A DNA stretch of 64,000 bases from Polyangiaceae bacterium. Its GTDB lineage: Bacteria > Myxococcota_A > Polyangia > Polyangiales > Polyangiaceae. Each line of letters begins with the position of its first letter. Position 1 is the first letter of the stretch. Below the pieces are notes generated by a model. That model was not told where the DNA came from and searched no databases. It saw nothing but the letters and a program-made list of their open reading frames with translations. Made by a program: the position numbers and the translations under genes. This document shows positions 54,601 through 64,000 of the stretch, piece by piece. The DNA lies in assembly GCA_044222475.1 (NCBI GenBank), contig JBGANF010000002.1, positions 96,001-160,000 of the forward strand. Reading direction: 5' to 3'.

Positions 54601-56055
54601 ATGCGAAATGAGCGAGCGGTTGCCAGCGTGGGGGTGGCCCTCCTCCTCGCGTCGTGGAGCGCCGACGCACTCGCCAAGGACGTCCCGGTCGGCACCGCGA
54701 CCGAGCTCACGAGCGCCATCGCGGCCGCCCAACCGGGCGACCGGATCATCCTCGCCGACGGCACCTACGCGCTGACCAACAACGTCAACTGCAGCGCCGT
54801 GGGGACGGCCCAGGCTCCGATCACCGTCGTCGCGAAGAACCCGCTCGCCGCGAAGATCACGTTCAACGCCCTCGAGGGCTTCAAGGTCAACGGCCCCTAC
54901 TGGCACTTCGAAGGCCTCGACGTGAAGGGCATCTGCCCCAACGACTCCGACTGCGAGCACGCGTTCCACGTGAGCGGCGCCGCGAAGTTCTTCTCGCTCC
55001 GCCTCTCGCGGGTCGTCGACTTCAACGCCCAAATCAAGGTGAACGCGAACCAGATCGCGACCGTCTGGACCACCCCGGACGACGGGCTCGTCGAAGGCAA
55101 CGAGTTCTTCGACACCAAGGCGCGCAACACGTCGAACCCGACCACCAAGATCAACATCGACACCGGCGACCGGTGGATCGTCCGCGCGAACTACATCCAC
55201 GACTACCAGAAGGGCGGGGGAGACGGCGTGAGCTACGCCGCGTTCATGAAGAGCGGCGGCAAGGCCGGCACGTTCGAGCGCAACCTCGTCGTCTGCGCCA
55301 AGGACTTCACCGGGGGCACGCGCATCGGGCTCTCGTTCGGCGGCGGCGGCACGGCGAACCAGTTCTGCGCGCCCGCGTACGACGTGAACACCCCGTGCGA
55401 TCCCGAGCACGAAGGCGGCACGATGCGGAACAACATCATCGCGAGCTGCTCCGACGTCGGCATCTACTTGAACAAGGCGAAGAACACGAAGGTGCTCTTC
55501 AACACCCTCATCGCGACGAGCGGCATCGACTTCCGCTTCGCGTCCACCACCGGCGTCGCCGTCGGCAACGTGCTCGACGGCAAGATCCGCCCGCGCGACG
55601 GCGGGACGTTCACCGGGAGCGAGAACCTCGAGAGCTTCGGGTCGTTCGCGGCGCTCTACCAAGCGCCGCTCGTGGGCGACCTGCGCAAGAAGGGCGACCT
55701 CTCGGCGCTGCTCGGCAAAGGCACCGCTCGGCCCGATGTACCGAACGACTACTGCTCGCGCACGCGGACTGGAGCATACGACTTGGGTGCGCTCCAAGCG
55801 TCGCTCGGCGATTGCGTCACGGTCCCCCCGCCGCTTGGAACGCCGACGCCGCCGGTCGACGATGGAGGCGTCGTTCCTGGTGACGGTGGCGGGGTTCCGC
55901 CCGGGAGCGACGGCGGACCGAACGGCGTGAATCCCACGAACGAGTCCGGGTGTGGCTGTGTCACGGGAGCGGGAGCGGGAGGGGGAGCGGGAGCGGGCGG
56001 AGTTGCCGTCCTCGGCCTGGCGATTCTGTTCGTTCGGCGGCGGCGACGCCGCTGA
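54601..56055 (+). CDS. Secreted right-handed beta-helix (chondroitinase-B/lyase-like) protein with MYXO-CTERM-type anchor
   Basis: AQPGDRIILADGTY start motif; Asn-ladder repeats; C-terminus SGCGC...hydrophobic helix...RRRRRR. Confidence 0.88.
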   Translation: MRNERAVASVGVALLLASWSADALAKDVPVGTATELTSAIAAAQPGDRIILADGTYALTNNVNCSAVGTAQAPITVVAKNPLAAKITFNALEGFKVNGPYWHFEGLDVKGICPNDSDCEHAFHVSGAAKFFSLRLSRVVDFNAQIKVNANQIATVWTTPDDGLVEGNEFFDTKARNTSNPTTKINIDTGDRWIVRANYIHDYQKGGGDGVSYAAFMKSGGKAGTFERNLVVCAKDFTGGTRIGLSFGGGGTANQFCAPAYDVNTPCDPEHEGGTMRNNIIASCSDVGIYLNKAKNTKVLFNTLIATSGIDFRFASTTGVAVGNVLDGKIRPRDGGTFTGSENLESFGSFAALYQAPLVGDLRKKGDLSALLGKGTARPDVPNDYCSRTRTGAYDLGALQASLGDCVTVPPPLGTPTPPVDDGGVVPGDGGGVPPGSDGGPNGVNPTNESGCGCVTGAGAGGGAGAGGVAVLGLAILFVRRRRRR

Positions 56056-56079
56056 TTTCCTAGCGATGACGAGGGCTCC

Positions 56080-56853
56080 GTGGTAGCCCTCCCACGCCTG
56101 TCCGTGGAAGCCAACGAAGCCGCCCCCGAGCCCAAGCACGAGATCGAACGCCTCGGCGTCCCCATGGGCGCCGGCAAGCCCATTCCGGCCAACGGCGCGC
56201 CCGGCTACCTGTTCCTCGCGTTCGTGTCCGTCGCCACGCTCGGGATGGATATCGCCTCGAAGATCTGGGCCGAGAAGACCCTCGATCTCCGCCCGCCGAT
56301 GAGCGTCATCGAAGGCAAGACCTTCAACATGGGCTTCCAGCTCGCGCGCAACAAAGGCGGCGCGTGGGGCCTCCTGCAGACCGCGAGCGAGAACCTCCGC
56401 CGGCCGTTCTTCCTGCTCGTCTCGGCGCTCGCGATCGGCTTCATCGTCTACCTCTTCTCGCGCCTCCAGCCGCGCCAACGCGCGCTCCGATGGGGCCTCC
56501 CGCTCGTGCTCGGCGGCGCGCTCGGCAACGTGTTCGATCGCATCCGCTACGGCTTCGTCATCGACTTCATCGACGTGCACATCCTCCGCGACGGCAAAGA
56601 GCACCACTGGCCGACGTTCAACGTCGCCGACATCGCGATCTGCGTCGGTGTCGCCCTCATGGCGATCGACATGTTCGGATCGAAGCGCGGCGCCGAGAAG
56701 GACGAGAAGAAGGAAGACGACGACGAGCCCGAGGAGAAACCGGCCGAAGAGAAATCCGCCGAGGAGAAATCCGCCGAAGAGAAACCGGCCGAAGAGAAAT
56801 CCGCCGAAACCGACGAGCCGAAGGCCGAGGAGAAACCGGCCTCCGAGACCTGA
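56080..56853 (+). CDS. lspA: Lipoprotein signal peptidase II with acidic repeat tail
   Basis: DIASK, RNKGGAWG, GGALGNVFDR, VIDFI, WPTFNVADIAI. Start uncertain. Confidence 0.95.
   Translation: MVALPRLSVEANEAAPEPKHEIERLGVPMGAGKPIPANGAPGYLFLAFVSVATLGMDIASKIWAEKTLDLRPPMSVIEGKTFNMGFQLARNKGGAWGLLQTASENLRRPFFLLVSALAIGFIVYLFSRLQPRQRALRWGLPLVLGGALGNVFDRIRYGFVIDFIDVHILRDGKEHHWPTFNVADIAICVGVALMAIDMFGSKRGAEKDEKKEDDDEPEEKPAEEKSAEEKSAEEKPAEEKSAETDEPKAEEKPASET
56731..56805 (+). repeat. 15-bp coding tandem repeat x5 (EEKPA/EEKSA)
   Basis: GARGAGAAA(C/T)C(G/C)GCC units in the lspA tail. Confidence 0.85.
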
Positions 56854-56862
56854 GGAAGAGCC

Positions 56863-57804
56863 GTGCGATCGCCGCTCTTCACCCTGCTCGGCGTCGGCTT
56901 CCCGTCCTACTTCGTCCTCCTCCTCACCGGCTTCCTCTTCGCCACCGCGCTCGGCGTCATCTGGGCGCGCCGCATCGGGCAGAACCCGGACGTCATCGTC
57001 GACCTCGGCCTGTCGATGCTCCTCGCCGGAGTCGCCGGCGGTCGGCTCCTTCACGTCTTCGCCGACGGGTTCTTCTGGGACTACGTCCACCTCTGCACCG
57101 ATCCCACCAAGGTGACCTGGCCGCTCGATCACGCGACCTGCGTCGATCCGCTGTACGGCGGCCGCTGGGACGACGTGACCAACACCTGCCACCCCGCAAA
57201 GGCCGACTGCTTCGCCTGGGCGGAGTTCTGGGCCGGCGGTCTCACGTACTACGGCGGCTTCATCGGCGCGTCGCTCGCCGCGTGGTTCCTGCTCCGTCGT
57301 GACAAGTTCCCGTTCTGGAAGGCGGCCGACATGGCCGGCTTCGCGGTGCCGCTCGGCCTCGCGTTCGGTCGCATGGGCTGCCTGCTCGCGGGCTGCTGCT
57401 TCGGGACCCGGTGCGATCTCCCGTGGGGCCTCGCGTTCCCGCCGTGGAGCCCGGCGAGCGAGGCGCAGGCGAAGGCTCACGTCCTCCCGCACGCTGCTCT
57501 ATGGTCGTTTCGCGTGCATCCTACACAGATTTACGAGTCGCTGGCGTCGCTCGCGATCGCGTTCGTCGCCCTCGCGGTCGTGCACCCCCGGAAGCGCTAC
57601 GACGGCCAGGTCTTCGTCGCGTTCCTCGTCATGTACGCCATCGCTCGCTTCCTCCTCGAGACCCTTCGGGACGACGATCGGGGCGGGTTCTTCCACCTCT
57701 CGACGTCGCAGCTCATCGGCCTGGCGCTGATCGCCGTCGCGACCGGGATCCACGTGGTCCGGGCCCGCTCCGAATTTCGCCTTTCGCGGCCCGTCGCGGC
57801 ATAA
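56863..57804 (+). CDS. lgt: Prolipoprotein diacylglyceryl transferase
   Basis: GGRLLHV, GGLTYYGG, GRMGC...GCCFG, HPTQIYE, RFLLETLR. Confidence 0.93.
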   Translation: MRSPLFTLLGVGFPSYFVLLLTGFLFATALGVIWARRIGQNPDVIVDLGLSMLLAGVAGGRLLHVFADGFFWDYVHLCTDPTKVTWPLDHATCVDPLYGGRWDDVTNTCHPAKADCFAWAEFWAGGLTYYGGFIGASLAAWFLLRRDKFPFWKAADMAGFAVPLGLAFGRMGCLLAGCCFGTRCDLPWGLAFPPWSPASEAQAKAHVLPHAALWSFRVHPTQIYESLASLAIAFVALAVVHPRKRYDGQVFVAFLVMYAIARFLLETLRDDDRGGFFHLSTSQLIGLALIAVATGIHVVRARSEFRLSRPVAA

Positions 57805-57811
57805 TGGCGGC

Positions 57812-58072
57812 GTGAAGTCGGTCGTACTCGCCTGGTTCGCCGTGGCCGCATCGTGCGTGGCGTTCGCCGCGTGCTCGCAGCCCGACACGAAGCCCCCCTA
57901 CCTGAACCCCGGTGGGGACTCCTCGATCATCATCGGCGACGGCGGCGGCGGTGGCGACGGCGCCGTGAAGGACACCGGCACGGTCAAGGACACCGGCACG
58001 GTCAAGGACACTGGCGTCGTGGAGACCGGTGCCGACTCCGGCGCCGACGCGAGCGACGCCGCCGCCGACTGA
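57812..58072 (+). CDS. Small lipoprotein with VKDTGT repeats
   Basis: FAA-C lipobox; 18-bp repeat x3 at about 57965-58018. Confidence 0.7.
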   Translation: MKSVVLAWFAVAASCVAFAACSQPDTKPPYLNPGGDSSIIIGDGGGGGDGAVKDTGTVKDTGTVKDTGVVETGADSGADASDAAAD

Positions 58073-58119
58073 CTTGCCGACTGACTTGCGTGTGGGCGCG
58101 CGGCGCGTACCTTGCGCCC

Positions 58120-59010
58120 ATGACCGCACGCCTCCTCGACGGGAAGAAGATCGCGGAAGAGCTCCGCGCGAAGATCAAAGACGACGTCGCCAAGTTCGTC
58201 GCGAAGCACGGGCGGCAGCCGGGGCTCGACGTCGTCCTCGTCGGTGACGATCCGGCGAGCGCGGTCTACACGAAGAACAAGGAGAAGTCCGCGAACGAGG
58301 TCGGCATGCGCAGCCGCCTCCACCGCCTCGCCGCCGACACGTCCGAGGCGACGCTCCTCGACCTCATCGCGAAGCTCAACGCCGACGACGCGGTCGACGG
58401 GATCCTCGTGCAGCTGCCGCTCCCGAAGCAGATCGACGACGCGAAGGTGATCGACGCGATCGATCCGTCGAAGGACGTCGACGGGTTTCACCCCACGAAC
58501 GCCGGGCTCCTCGCGATCGGGCGCATGGACCGCGCGCTCGTCCCGTGCACGCCGCGCGGGTGCATGCACCTGATCGCGCGCGCCGGCACCGACCTCACCG
58601 GCGCTCACGCCGTCGTGGTCGGCCGGAGCAACATCGTCGGCAAGCCGGTCGCGCTGCTGCTCCTCGCCGCCCACGCGACGGTCACGATCGCGCACTCGCG
58701 CACGAAGGACTTGCGTGCAGTCTGCAAGTCCGCGGACGTGCTCGTCGCCGCCGTCGGCAAGGCCGAGATGATCCGAGGCGACTTCGTCAAGCCGGGGGCG
58801 ACGGTGATCGACGTCGGCATCAACCGCGTCCCCGATCCGTCGAAGGGCGAGAACGGGACGCGGCTGGTCGGAGACGTGGCCTTCGCGGAAGCGGTCGAGG
58901 TCGCGGGCGCCATCACGCCAGTGCCGGGTGGAGTGGGCCCGATGACGATCGCGTGTCTCCTGGAGAGCACCCTGCGAGCCGCGACCGCGCGCGCAACTTC
59001 TCGCCCGTGA
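58120..59010 (+). CDS. folD: Methylenetetrahydrofolate dehydrogenase/cyclohydrolase
   Basis: [44 protein letters not shown]. Confidence 0.98.
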   Translation: MTARLLDGKKIAEELRAKIKDDVAKFVAKHGRQPGLDVVLVGDDPASAVYTKNKEKSANEVGMRSRLHRLAADTSEATLLDLIAKLNADDAVDGILVQLPLPKQIDDAKVIDAIDPSKDVDGFHPTNAGLLAIGRMDRALVPCTPRGCMHLIARAGTDLTGAHAVVVGRSNIVGKPVALLLLAAHATVTIAHSRTKDLRAVCKSADVLVAAVGKAEMIRGDFVKPGATVIDVGINRVPDPSKGENGTRLVGDVAFAEAVEVAGAITPVPGGVGPMTIACLLESTLRAATARATSRP

Positions 59011-59123
59011 ACGTGAACGTGCCCGTGCCCGTGCACGAATCACGTGTGCCGACTGGGTGAGAAATCGCGAGTCGGTCAGCGTCTTCGATCGTTCACGGGC
59101 ACGGGCACGTGCACGTTCACGGG
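59004..59123. repeat. Palindromic REP/REPIN-like element, copy 2
   Basis: 35-nt inverted arms (59004-59038 and 59089-59123, 33/35 complementary). Its left 41 nt match the reverse complement of copy 1's right end at 40/41. Confidence 0.9.
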
Positions 59124-59134
59124 GAGAGAGGTGC

Positions 59135-60011
59135 TCAGAGGATCTTGTCCAGCACCCGATCCAGCGCATCGAGATCCGCATACGGGATCACGATCTCCCC
59201 CCGGTTCCCATGGTCCTTCACGAGGACCTTGGTCCCGAGCTTCCGCATCAGCCTCGCCTCGAGATCGCGCACCGACGCGGCCTTGGCCTTCGCCTTCTCG
59301 GCGTCGCCCTTCTGCGCCGGCTTCTTCGCCCCGCGCACGAGCGCCTCGGTCGCGCGCACGTTGAGCTTCCCGCGGATCACTTTCTCGGCGATCTCCTCGA
59401 TGCGCTTCGCGTCGTCGACGCCGAGCAGCGCTCGCGCGTGACCTTCGGTGAGCTCGCCGGTGACGATCTTCGTGCGGACGCGCGGCGGGAGCTTCAGCAG
59501 CCGCAGGCTGTTCGTCACCGTCGTGCGGTCCTTGCCGAGCCGCTTCGCGAGCGCTTCCTGCGTGAAGCCGTGCTCCTTGACGAGGCGATCGAGCGCCTCC
59601 GCGAGCTCGACCGGGTTCAGGTCGGCGCGCTGCACGTTCTCGATCAGCGCGAGCTCGAACGCCTTCTGCGGCGAGACGTCCTTGACGACGACGAGGACCT
59701 CTTTGAGCCCCGCCTTCTGCGACGCGCGCCACCGGCGCTCGCCGGCGATGAGCTCGAACTTGTCCTGCGCGCCTTCGTGGCGGACGCGCCGCACGACGAG
59801 CGGCTCGAGCAAGCCGTGCTCCCGGATGGAGTGCGTGAGCTCTTCGAGCGCGGTGGCGTCGAAGTGCTGACGCGGCTGCCCGCGCTGGGGAACGATGCGC
59901 TCGATCGCGCACGAGAAGACGCTCTTGTCGCCGTACTGCGGCGCCGCTTTCCCGGCCGCCGGCGAGAGGAGCGCGTCGAGCCCGAGGCCGAGGGCGCGCT
60001 TCTTCTTCGCG

Positions 60012-60022
<11 letters not shown>
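59135..60022 (-). CDS. parB: Chromosome partitioning protein ParB
   Basis: ALGLGLDALL, QPRQHF, IAGERRWRA, ENVQRADLNPVE, HTH GKDRTTVTNSLRLL. Confidence 0.96.
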
Positions 60023-60827
<805 letters not shown>

Positions 60828-60890
60828 GGCGAGCGGATGTACCGCAGCGCGCCTCACGCGTCACCAAGCAGAAAAAACGGAGACGTTTTC

Positions 60891-60919
60891 TTGGTCGTCC
60901 CGAACCCCGGTAGTAGGGT
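60891..60919 (+). promoter_or_regulatory. Putative sigma70-type promoter
   Basis: TTGGTC-N17-TAGGGT in the lower-GC divergent region upstream of parA. Confidence 0.4.
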
Positions 60920-60964
60920 GTCGGCAGATGTAGGATAACTACCTACCTCAAAACGAACGAAGCG

Positions 60965-61132
60965 ATGAAAGCCCTTCTCCAAGCAGCCCTGCAGACCCCG
61001 AGTGATCCCGCCGTCGAGCGGATCCTTCGCGACGGGTTCTATCGCGCTGCGCCCAGCGAGCTGGCGAGCGGACTGGACGGAGAAGGCGTCGTCATCGCGC
61101 TCGCTGAACGACGACGACGCTGTCTGGGGTGA
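60965..61132 (+). CDS. Small ORF, 55 aa (below the ORF-track cutoff)
   Basis: MKALLQAALQTPSDPAVERILRDGFYRAAPSELASGLDGEGVVIALAERRRRCLG*; no clear Shine-Dalgarno. Confidence 0.45.
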   Translation: MKALLQAALQTPSDPAVERILRDGFYRAAPSELASGLDGEGVVIALAERRRRCLG

Positions 61133-61167
61133 CGGCGTCACCAAAACGAAAATCAGGAGGAGAGACT

Positions 61168-61350
61168 ATGGCCGTTCCCAAGAGCTACCGGTCGATGGAG
61201 GACTTTGCCCGCGAAGAGCTGCGCGCCGACTACAAGGCGGGCTTCTCGCTCGACGACCTCCATCAAGAAGCGACGTTCGACTCCGGTGATCTGCTCTTCG
61301 ACGACACCGTCGACGAGTACGACCCCGACGCGTTCGACGACGACGACTGA
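61168..61350 (+). CDS. Small highly acidic protein, 60 aa
   Basis: AGGAGG 7 nt before the ATG; typical codon use; 20 of 60 residues are D/E. Confidence 0.85.
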   Translation: MAVPKSYRSMEDFAREELRADYKAGFSLDDLHQEATFDSGDLLFDDTVDEYDPDAFDDDD

Positions 61351-61444
61351 GTCTCGGCCCAAACATCACCGCTCGGCTTCTGCCTTCCTCCCGCGCGTCT
61401 CGGCTCGATGCCGTGACGAGCTTTTCTGGAGGCCGAGCTTCCTG

Positions 61445-61477
61445 GCCCTCGGAGTGCCTCCTCCGAGGGCTTTTTCT
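61445..61477 (+). terminator. Rho-independent terminator
   Basis: GCCCTCGGAG-6 nt loop-CTCCGAGGGC followed by TTTTTCT. Confidence 0.88.
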
Positions 61478-61506
61478 ATTTCGCTTTGCCACTATGCTCG
61501 GGGGCG

Positions 61507-63345
61507 ATGACGTCTTCGAGCGCGGTCGTGCGCGAGTTCGGCGAAGAGCTCCGCGCCATCCGCGACGCTGCGGGCGGTGACCTCGAGCAAGAGGCGCGGG
61601 CGATCTACCTCGTCACGCTCGAGCGCGAGCAGCTCGTCACCGTCGCCTACGCCGGCAGCGCTCTGCAGGATCGCGTCGCTCGGCTCGACGCACCGGAGGA
61701 GGTCCGCGAGATCGTGCGCCACGCCCTGTTCTGGGCGGCGCGCGACGAGGACATGCACACCGTCTACGCGCGCGGCGTGCTCTTTCGACGCGGCGAGAAC
61801 CTCCTCGTCGTGCGGACGTTCGCGCAGCAGCTCGGCGGCTTCGTCGCCGGTTGGTCGAGCGCGGTCGCCCAGCACGTGACGTGGTCGCAGGCCCCGCTGT
61901 CGCGTCTCGGCGCAGCGCTCGTGTCCGTCGCCGGCCTCGCGGCCGGCAAGGTCCCCAAGTCGGCCCGCGCGACGCTGAGCTACCGCACCTTCCGCGAGTT
62001 CTGCACGTTCAACGTCGAGGCGGAGCAGACCGCGGCGATGGCGTGGCGCCGGCTCGCCGAGCTCGTCCCCGACGAAGCGACGACCTACCGCCGCGTCGCC
62101 GACGACGAGATCAAGCACAGCCTGGTGTTCCAGGCCTTCGCCGACGTGTTCGACGACGACGATCGCCTGGTCGCCGGTGAGAACGCCGCGAAGCTCCTCG
62201 ATCGCCTGCGCGCAGCCGATCCGGTCTTCGTACCAAGAAGGTACCGCGACACCGACAACCTCCTCGGCACCGGTGGCACGGTCTTCGTGCGCAAATCCCG
62301 CGAAGAGTCGCGCGAGGCGATCGACCCGGTGGCGCTCCTCGACGAGGTGCTGAAGGCCAGCGGTGCGCTCCTCACGGCATCACGCCGGCTCGGCGAGCGC
62401 GGTCGAGTCGCGATCAAGGCCGACTTCATGATGTCGTACGACGCGCGCGACCGGACGACGACCGTCGATCCCGAGCTCCTCCGCGCCCTCGTCGTGCGTC
62501 TTCGCCAGGCCGGGGCCAAGGAGATCACCGTCATCGAGACGGGGAACCTCTTCGACCACCACTTCGATCACCGGAGCGTCCACGAGGTCGCGGAGTACAT
62601 GGGGCTCGCGCTCCCGGACGTGCGCCTGGTCGACGCCGCGCAGGATCTCGTCCCCCATCGGTTCGCCCGCGGCATGGGGCAGGAGCACGTCTCTGCCGCG
62701 TGGAAGGACGCCGACCTCCGCATCTCGCTGGCGAAGCTGAGAACGAACCCCGCGTTCCTCGCCCACGTGTCGCTCGCGAACATGCAGACGCTCGGCCAGC
62801 GCATCGATCAGCTGCTCTTCGCCGACCGCGTCGCCGATGCGTGCACCGGCCTCATGATGGTGCTCGACGAGTTCCCCTGTCACCTCGCGATCGTCGACGC
62901 GACCCGCGACGTCGCCGACGACGTGACCGGCATCCTCGGTACGTCGTCTCCGCGTCACCCCGGGCGCATCTACCTGTCCGAAGACGCGCTCGCCCTCGAC
63001 TGGGTCGTGCTCGCCCACCTCGGGCTCAAGAACCTCCCGCGGCCGGCGCCGGCTCAGGCCGCGCTCGACTGGTTCGGCGACGTGCGCGAGAGCCTCGAGG
63101 TCGACGGCACGAACGAGCCGATCGCGCCGTTCGTGACCGGCCACTCCGACGATCTTCGGATCGCCCTCACGTCGCTGGCGTATCCGGTCTACGCGTATTT
63201 CTCCGACGGCGGAGCGTTCTGGGTGCCGAAGATGGACCCCGCGCGCTTTCCCCTGAAGTCGCGCGAGTCGATGCTCACGTACGTGGCGCGGCGCATCCTC
63301 CGGAGCACGTTCCGCTTCGGGAGCCCGGTCGAGGACTGGGAGTGA
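61507..63345 (+). CDS. Ferritin-like diiron domain fused to a DUF362-like domain
   Basis: LERE...DEDMH...EAE...DEIKH; then RVAIKAD, TVDPELLRALV, DADLRISLAKLRT, LAIVDA, DALALD. Confidence 0.8.
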   Translation: MTSSSAVVREFGEELRAIRDAAGGDLEQEARAIYLVTLEREQLVTVAYAGSALQDRVARLDAPEEVREIVRHALFWAARDEDMHTVYARGVLFRRGENLLVVRTFAQQLGGFVAGWSSAVAQHVTWSQAPLSRLGAALVSVAGLAAGKVPKSARATLSYRTFREFCTFNVEAEQTAAMAWRRLAELVPDEATTYRRVADDEIKHSLVFQAFADVFDDDDRLVAGENAAKLLDRLRAADPVFVPRRYRDTDNLLGTGGTVFVRKSREESREAIDPVALLDEVLKASGALLTASRRLGERGRVAIKADFMMSYDARDRTTTVDPELLRALVVRLRQAGAKEITVIETGNLFDHHFDHRSVHEVAEYMGLALPDVRLVDAAQDLVPHRFARGMGQEHVSAAWKDADLRISLAKLRTNPAFLAHVSLANMQTLGQRIDQLLFADRVADACTGLMMVLDEFPCHLAIVDATRDVADDVTGILGTSSPRHPGRIYLSEDALALDWVVLAHLGLKNLPRPAPAQAALDWFGDVRESLEVDGTNEPIAPFVTGHSDDLRIALTSLAYPVYAYFSDGGAFWVPKMDPARFPLKSRESMLTYVARRILRSTFRFGSPVEDWE

Positions 63346-64000
63346 CGCGCGCGATCGTCGTCGGCGGCGGCATCGGGGGTCTCTCGTGCGCGTCGTACCT
63401 GCGCGGTCACGACGTCGACGTCACGCTCCTCGAAGCCGCGCCGTTCTTCGGCGGCCTCGCGTCGGGCTTCGACGCCGGCGGGCTCCAGTTCGACGGTGGG
63501 CCGTACATCCTGCTCGACCGGCCGGGCCTCGCGTGGGCGTTCGGCGAGCTCGGCCTCGTGCTCGACGACGAGCTCGCGCTGCGACGCGTGGACTTCGTCT
63601 ACGAGGTGCGCAGCGAAGGCGCTCCGCCGGTACGCATCTTCGGCGACCTCGAAGAGACGGTCGCCGATCTCGAAGCGGGCTACCCCGGCTCCGCCCACGC
63701 GTACCGCCGCTTCATCGAGGACATGCGCCTCGCGAACGAGCGTCTCCGGCCGCTGCTCACCCACGAGTCTCCGGGCGCGATCACCGCGCTCGAGACCGGC
63801 GCGGTCCTCGCCCTCCCGGTCATCCTGACGAGCCTGAAGCGCGTGCTCGAAAAGACCGGCCTCGCGGCGCCGGTGCGGCACGCGCTCGCGATCTGGACGC
63901 ACATCGCTGGTCAAGATCTCGCGACCGCGCCGAGCCCGCTCGCGTTCGTGCCCGCGCTCGTCCACACCGAGGGCTGCTACGTCCCGCGCGGGGGCGTCGC
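63342..64000 (+). CDS. FAD-dependent oxidoreductase, phytoene desaturase (CrtI)-like; partial, runs off the window
   Basis: GTG start overlaps the upstream TGA; reads (M)TRAIVVGGGIGGLSCASYL...LLEAAPFFGGLA...FDGGPYILL. Confidence 0.85.
   Translation, partial: MTRAIVVGGGIGGLSCASYLRGHDVDVTLLEAAPFFGGLASGFDAGGLQFDGGPYILLDRPGLAWAFGELGLVLDDELALRRVDFVYEVRSEGAPPVRIFGDLEETVADLEAGYPGSAHAYRRFIEDMRLANERLRPLLTHESPGAITALETGAVLALPVILTSLKRVLEKTGLAAPVRHALAIWTHIAGQDLATAPSPLAFVPALVHTEGCYVPRGGV

Noticed and set aside
58065..58088. 12-bp tandem duplication CCGACTGACTTG x2 spanning a stop codon
   Set aside because: Most simply a local slippage duplication; there is no inserted element between the copies.
48260..59123. 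Repeat-spacer-repeat structures as a possible CRISPR array
   Set aside because: The arms are inverted rather than direct, there is only one pair per locus, and no cas genes are present in the window.
60863..60895. Hairpin ACCAAG...AACG-GAGA-CGTT...CTTGGT upstream of parA as a riboswitch or ncRNA
   Set aside because: It is a real imperfect inverted repeat but matches no RNA family I can recognise. It overlaps probable divergent promoters and may just be an operator.
61168..63345. Acidic 60-aa peptide as RiPP precursor for the downstream diiron/FAD enzymes
   Set aside because: A strong terminator (61445-61477) separates them, and no leader/core pattern or RiPP maturase was recognised.

Overview
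High-GC bacterial chromosomal window. It is most likely from a myxobacterium (Polyangiaceae-like), inferred from a MYXO-CTERM-type sorting signal, two Ser/Thr kinases, an alternative DnaK module and many Cys-rich lipoproteins. Most of it is housekeeping: etfBA, nadB, a 2-oxo-acid dehydrogenase E1a/E1b/E2, mutY, dus, rpsP-khpA-rimM-trmD, queG, meaB, pgi, nth, gyrA, lspA-lgt, folD and parAB. The most unusual features are: (1) two copies of a hexamer-built palindromic element (48260-48414, 59004-59123), one read in frame in the 5' end of nth; (2) a frameshifted four-helix-bundle pseudogene with a related hexamer tract, and an internally deleted Y1/RAYT-like transposase remnant; (3) three tandem Cys-rich lipoprotein paralogs divergent from a TPR/kinase/PPC-repeat operon, whose kinase appears to start at CTG; (4) an ECF-sigma-headed gene run ending in a J-protein/DnaK module with a shared winged-helix-like domain and a TPR protein with a TFIIB-like repeat; (5) a small two-ORF transcript upstream of parA encoding a very acidic 60-aa peptide; (6) a ferritin-like diiron/DUF362 fusion coupled to a CrtI-like oxidoreductase at the right edge. 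No rRNA, tRNA or CRISPR array was recognised. All family calls come from reading motifs by eye; no searches were run.
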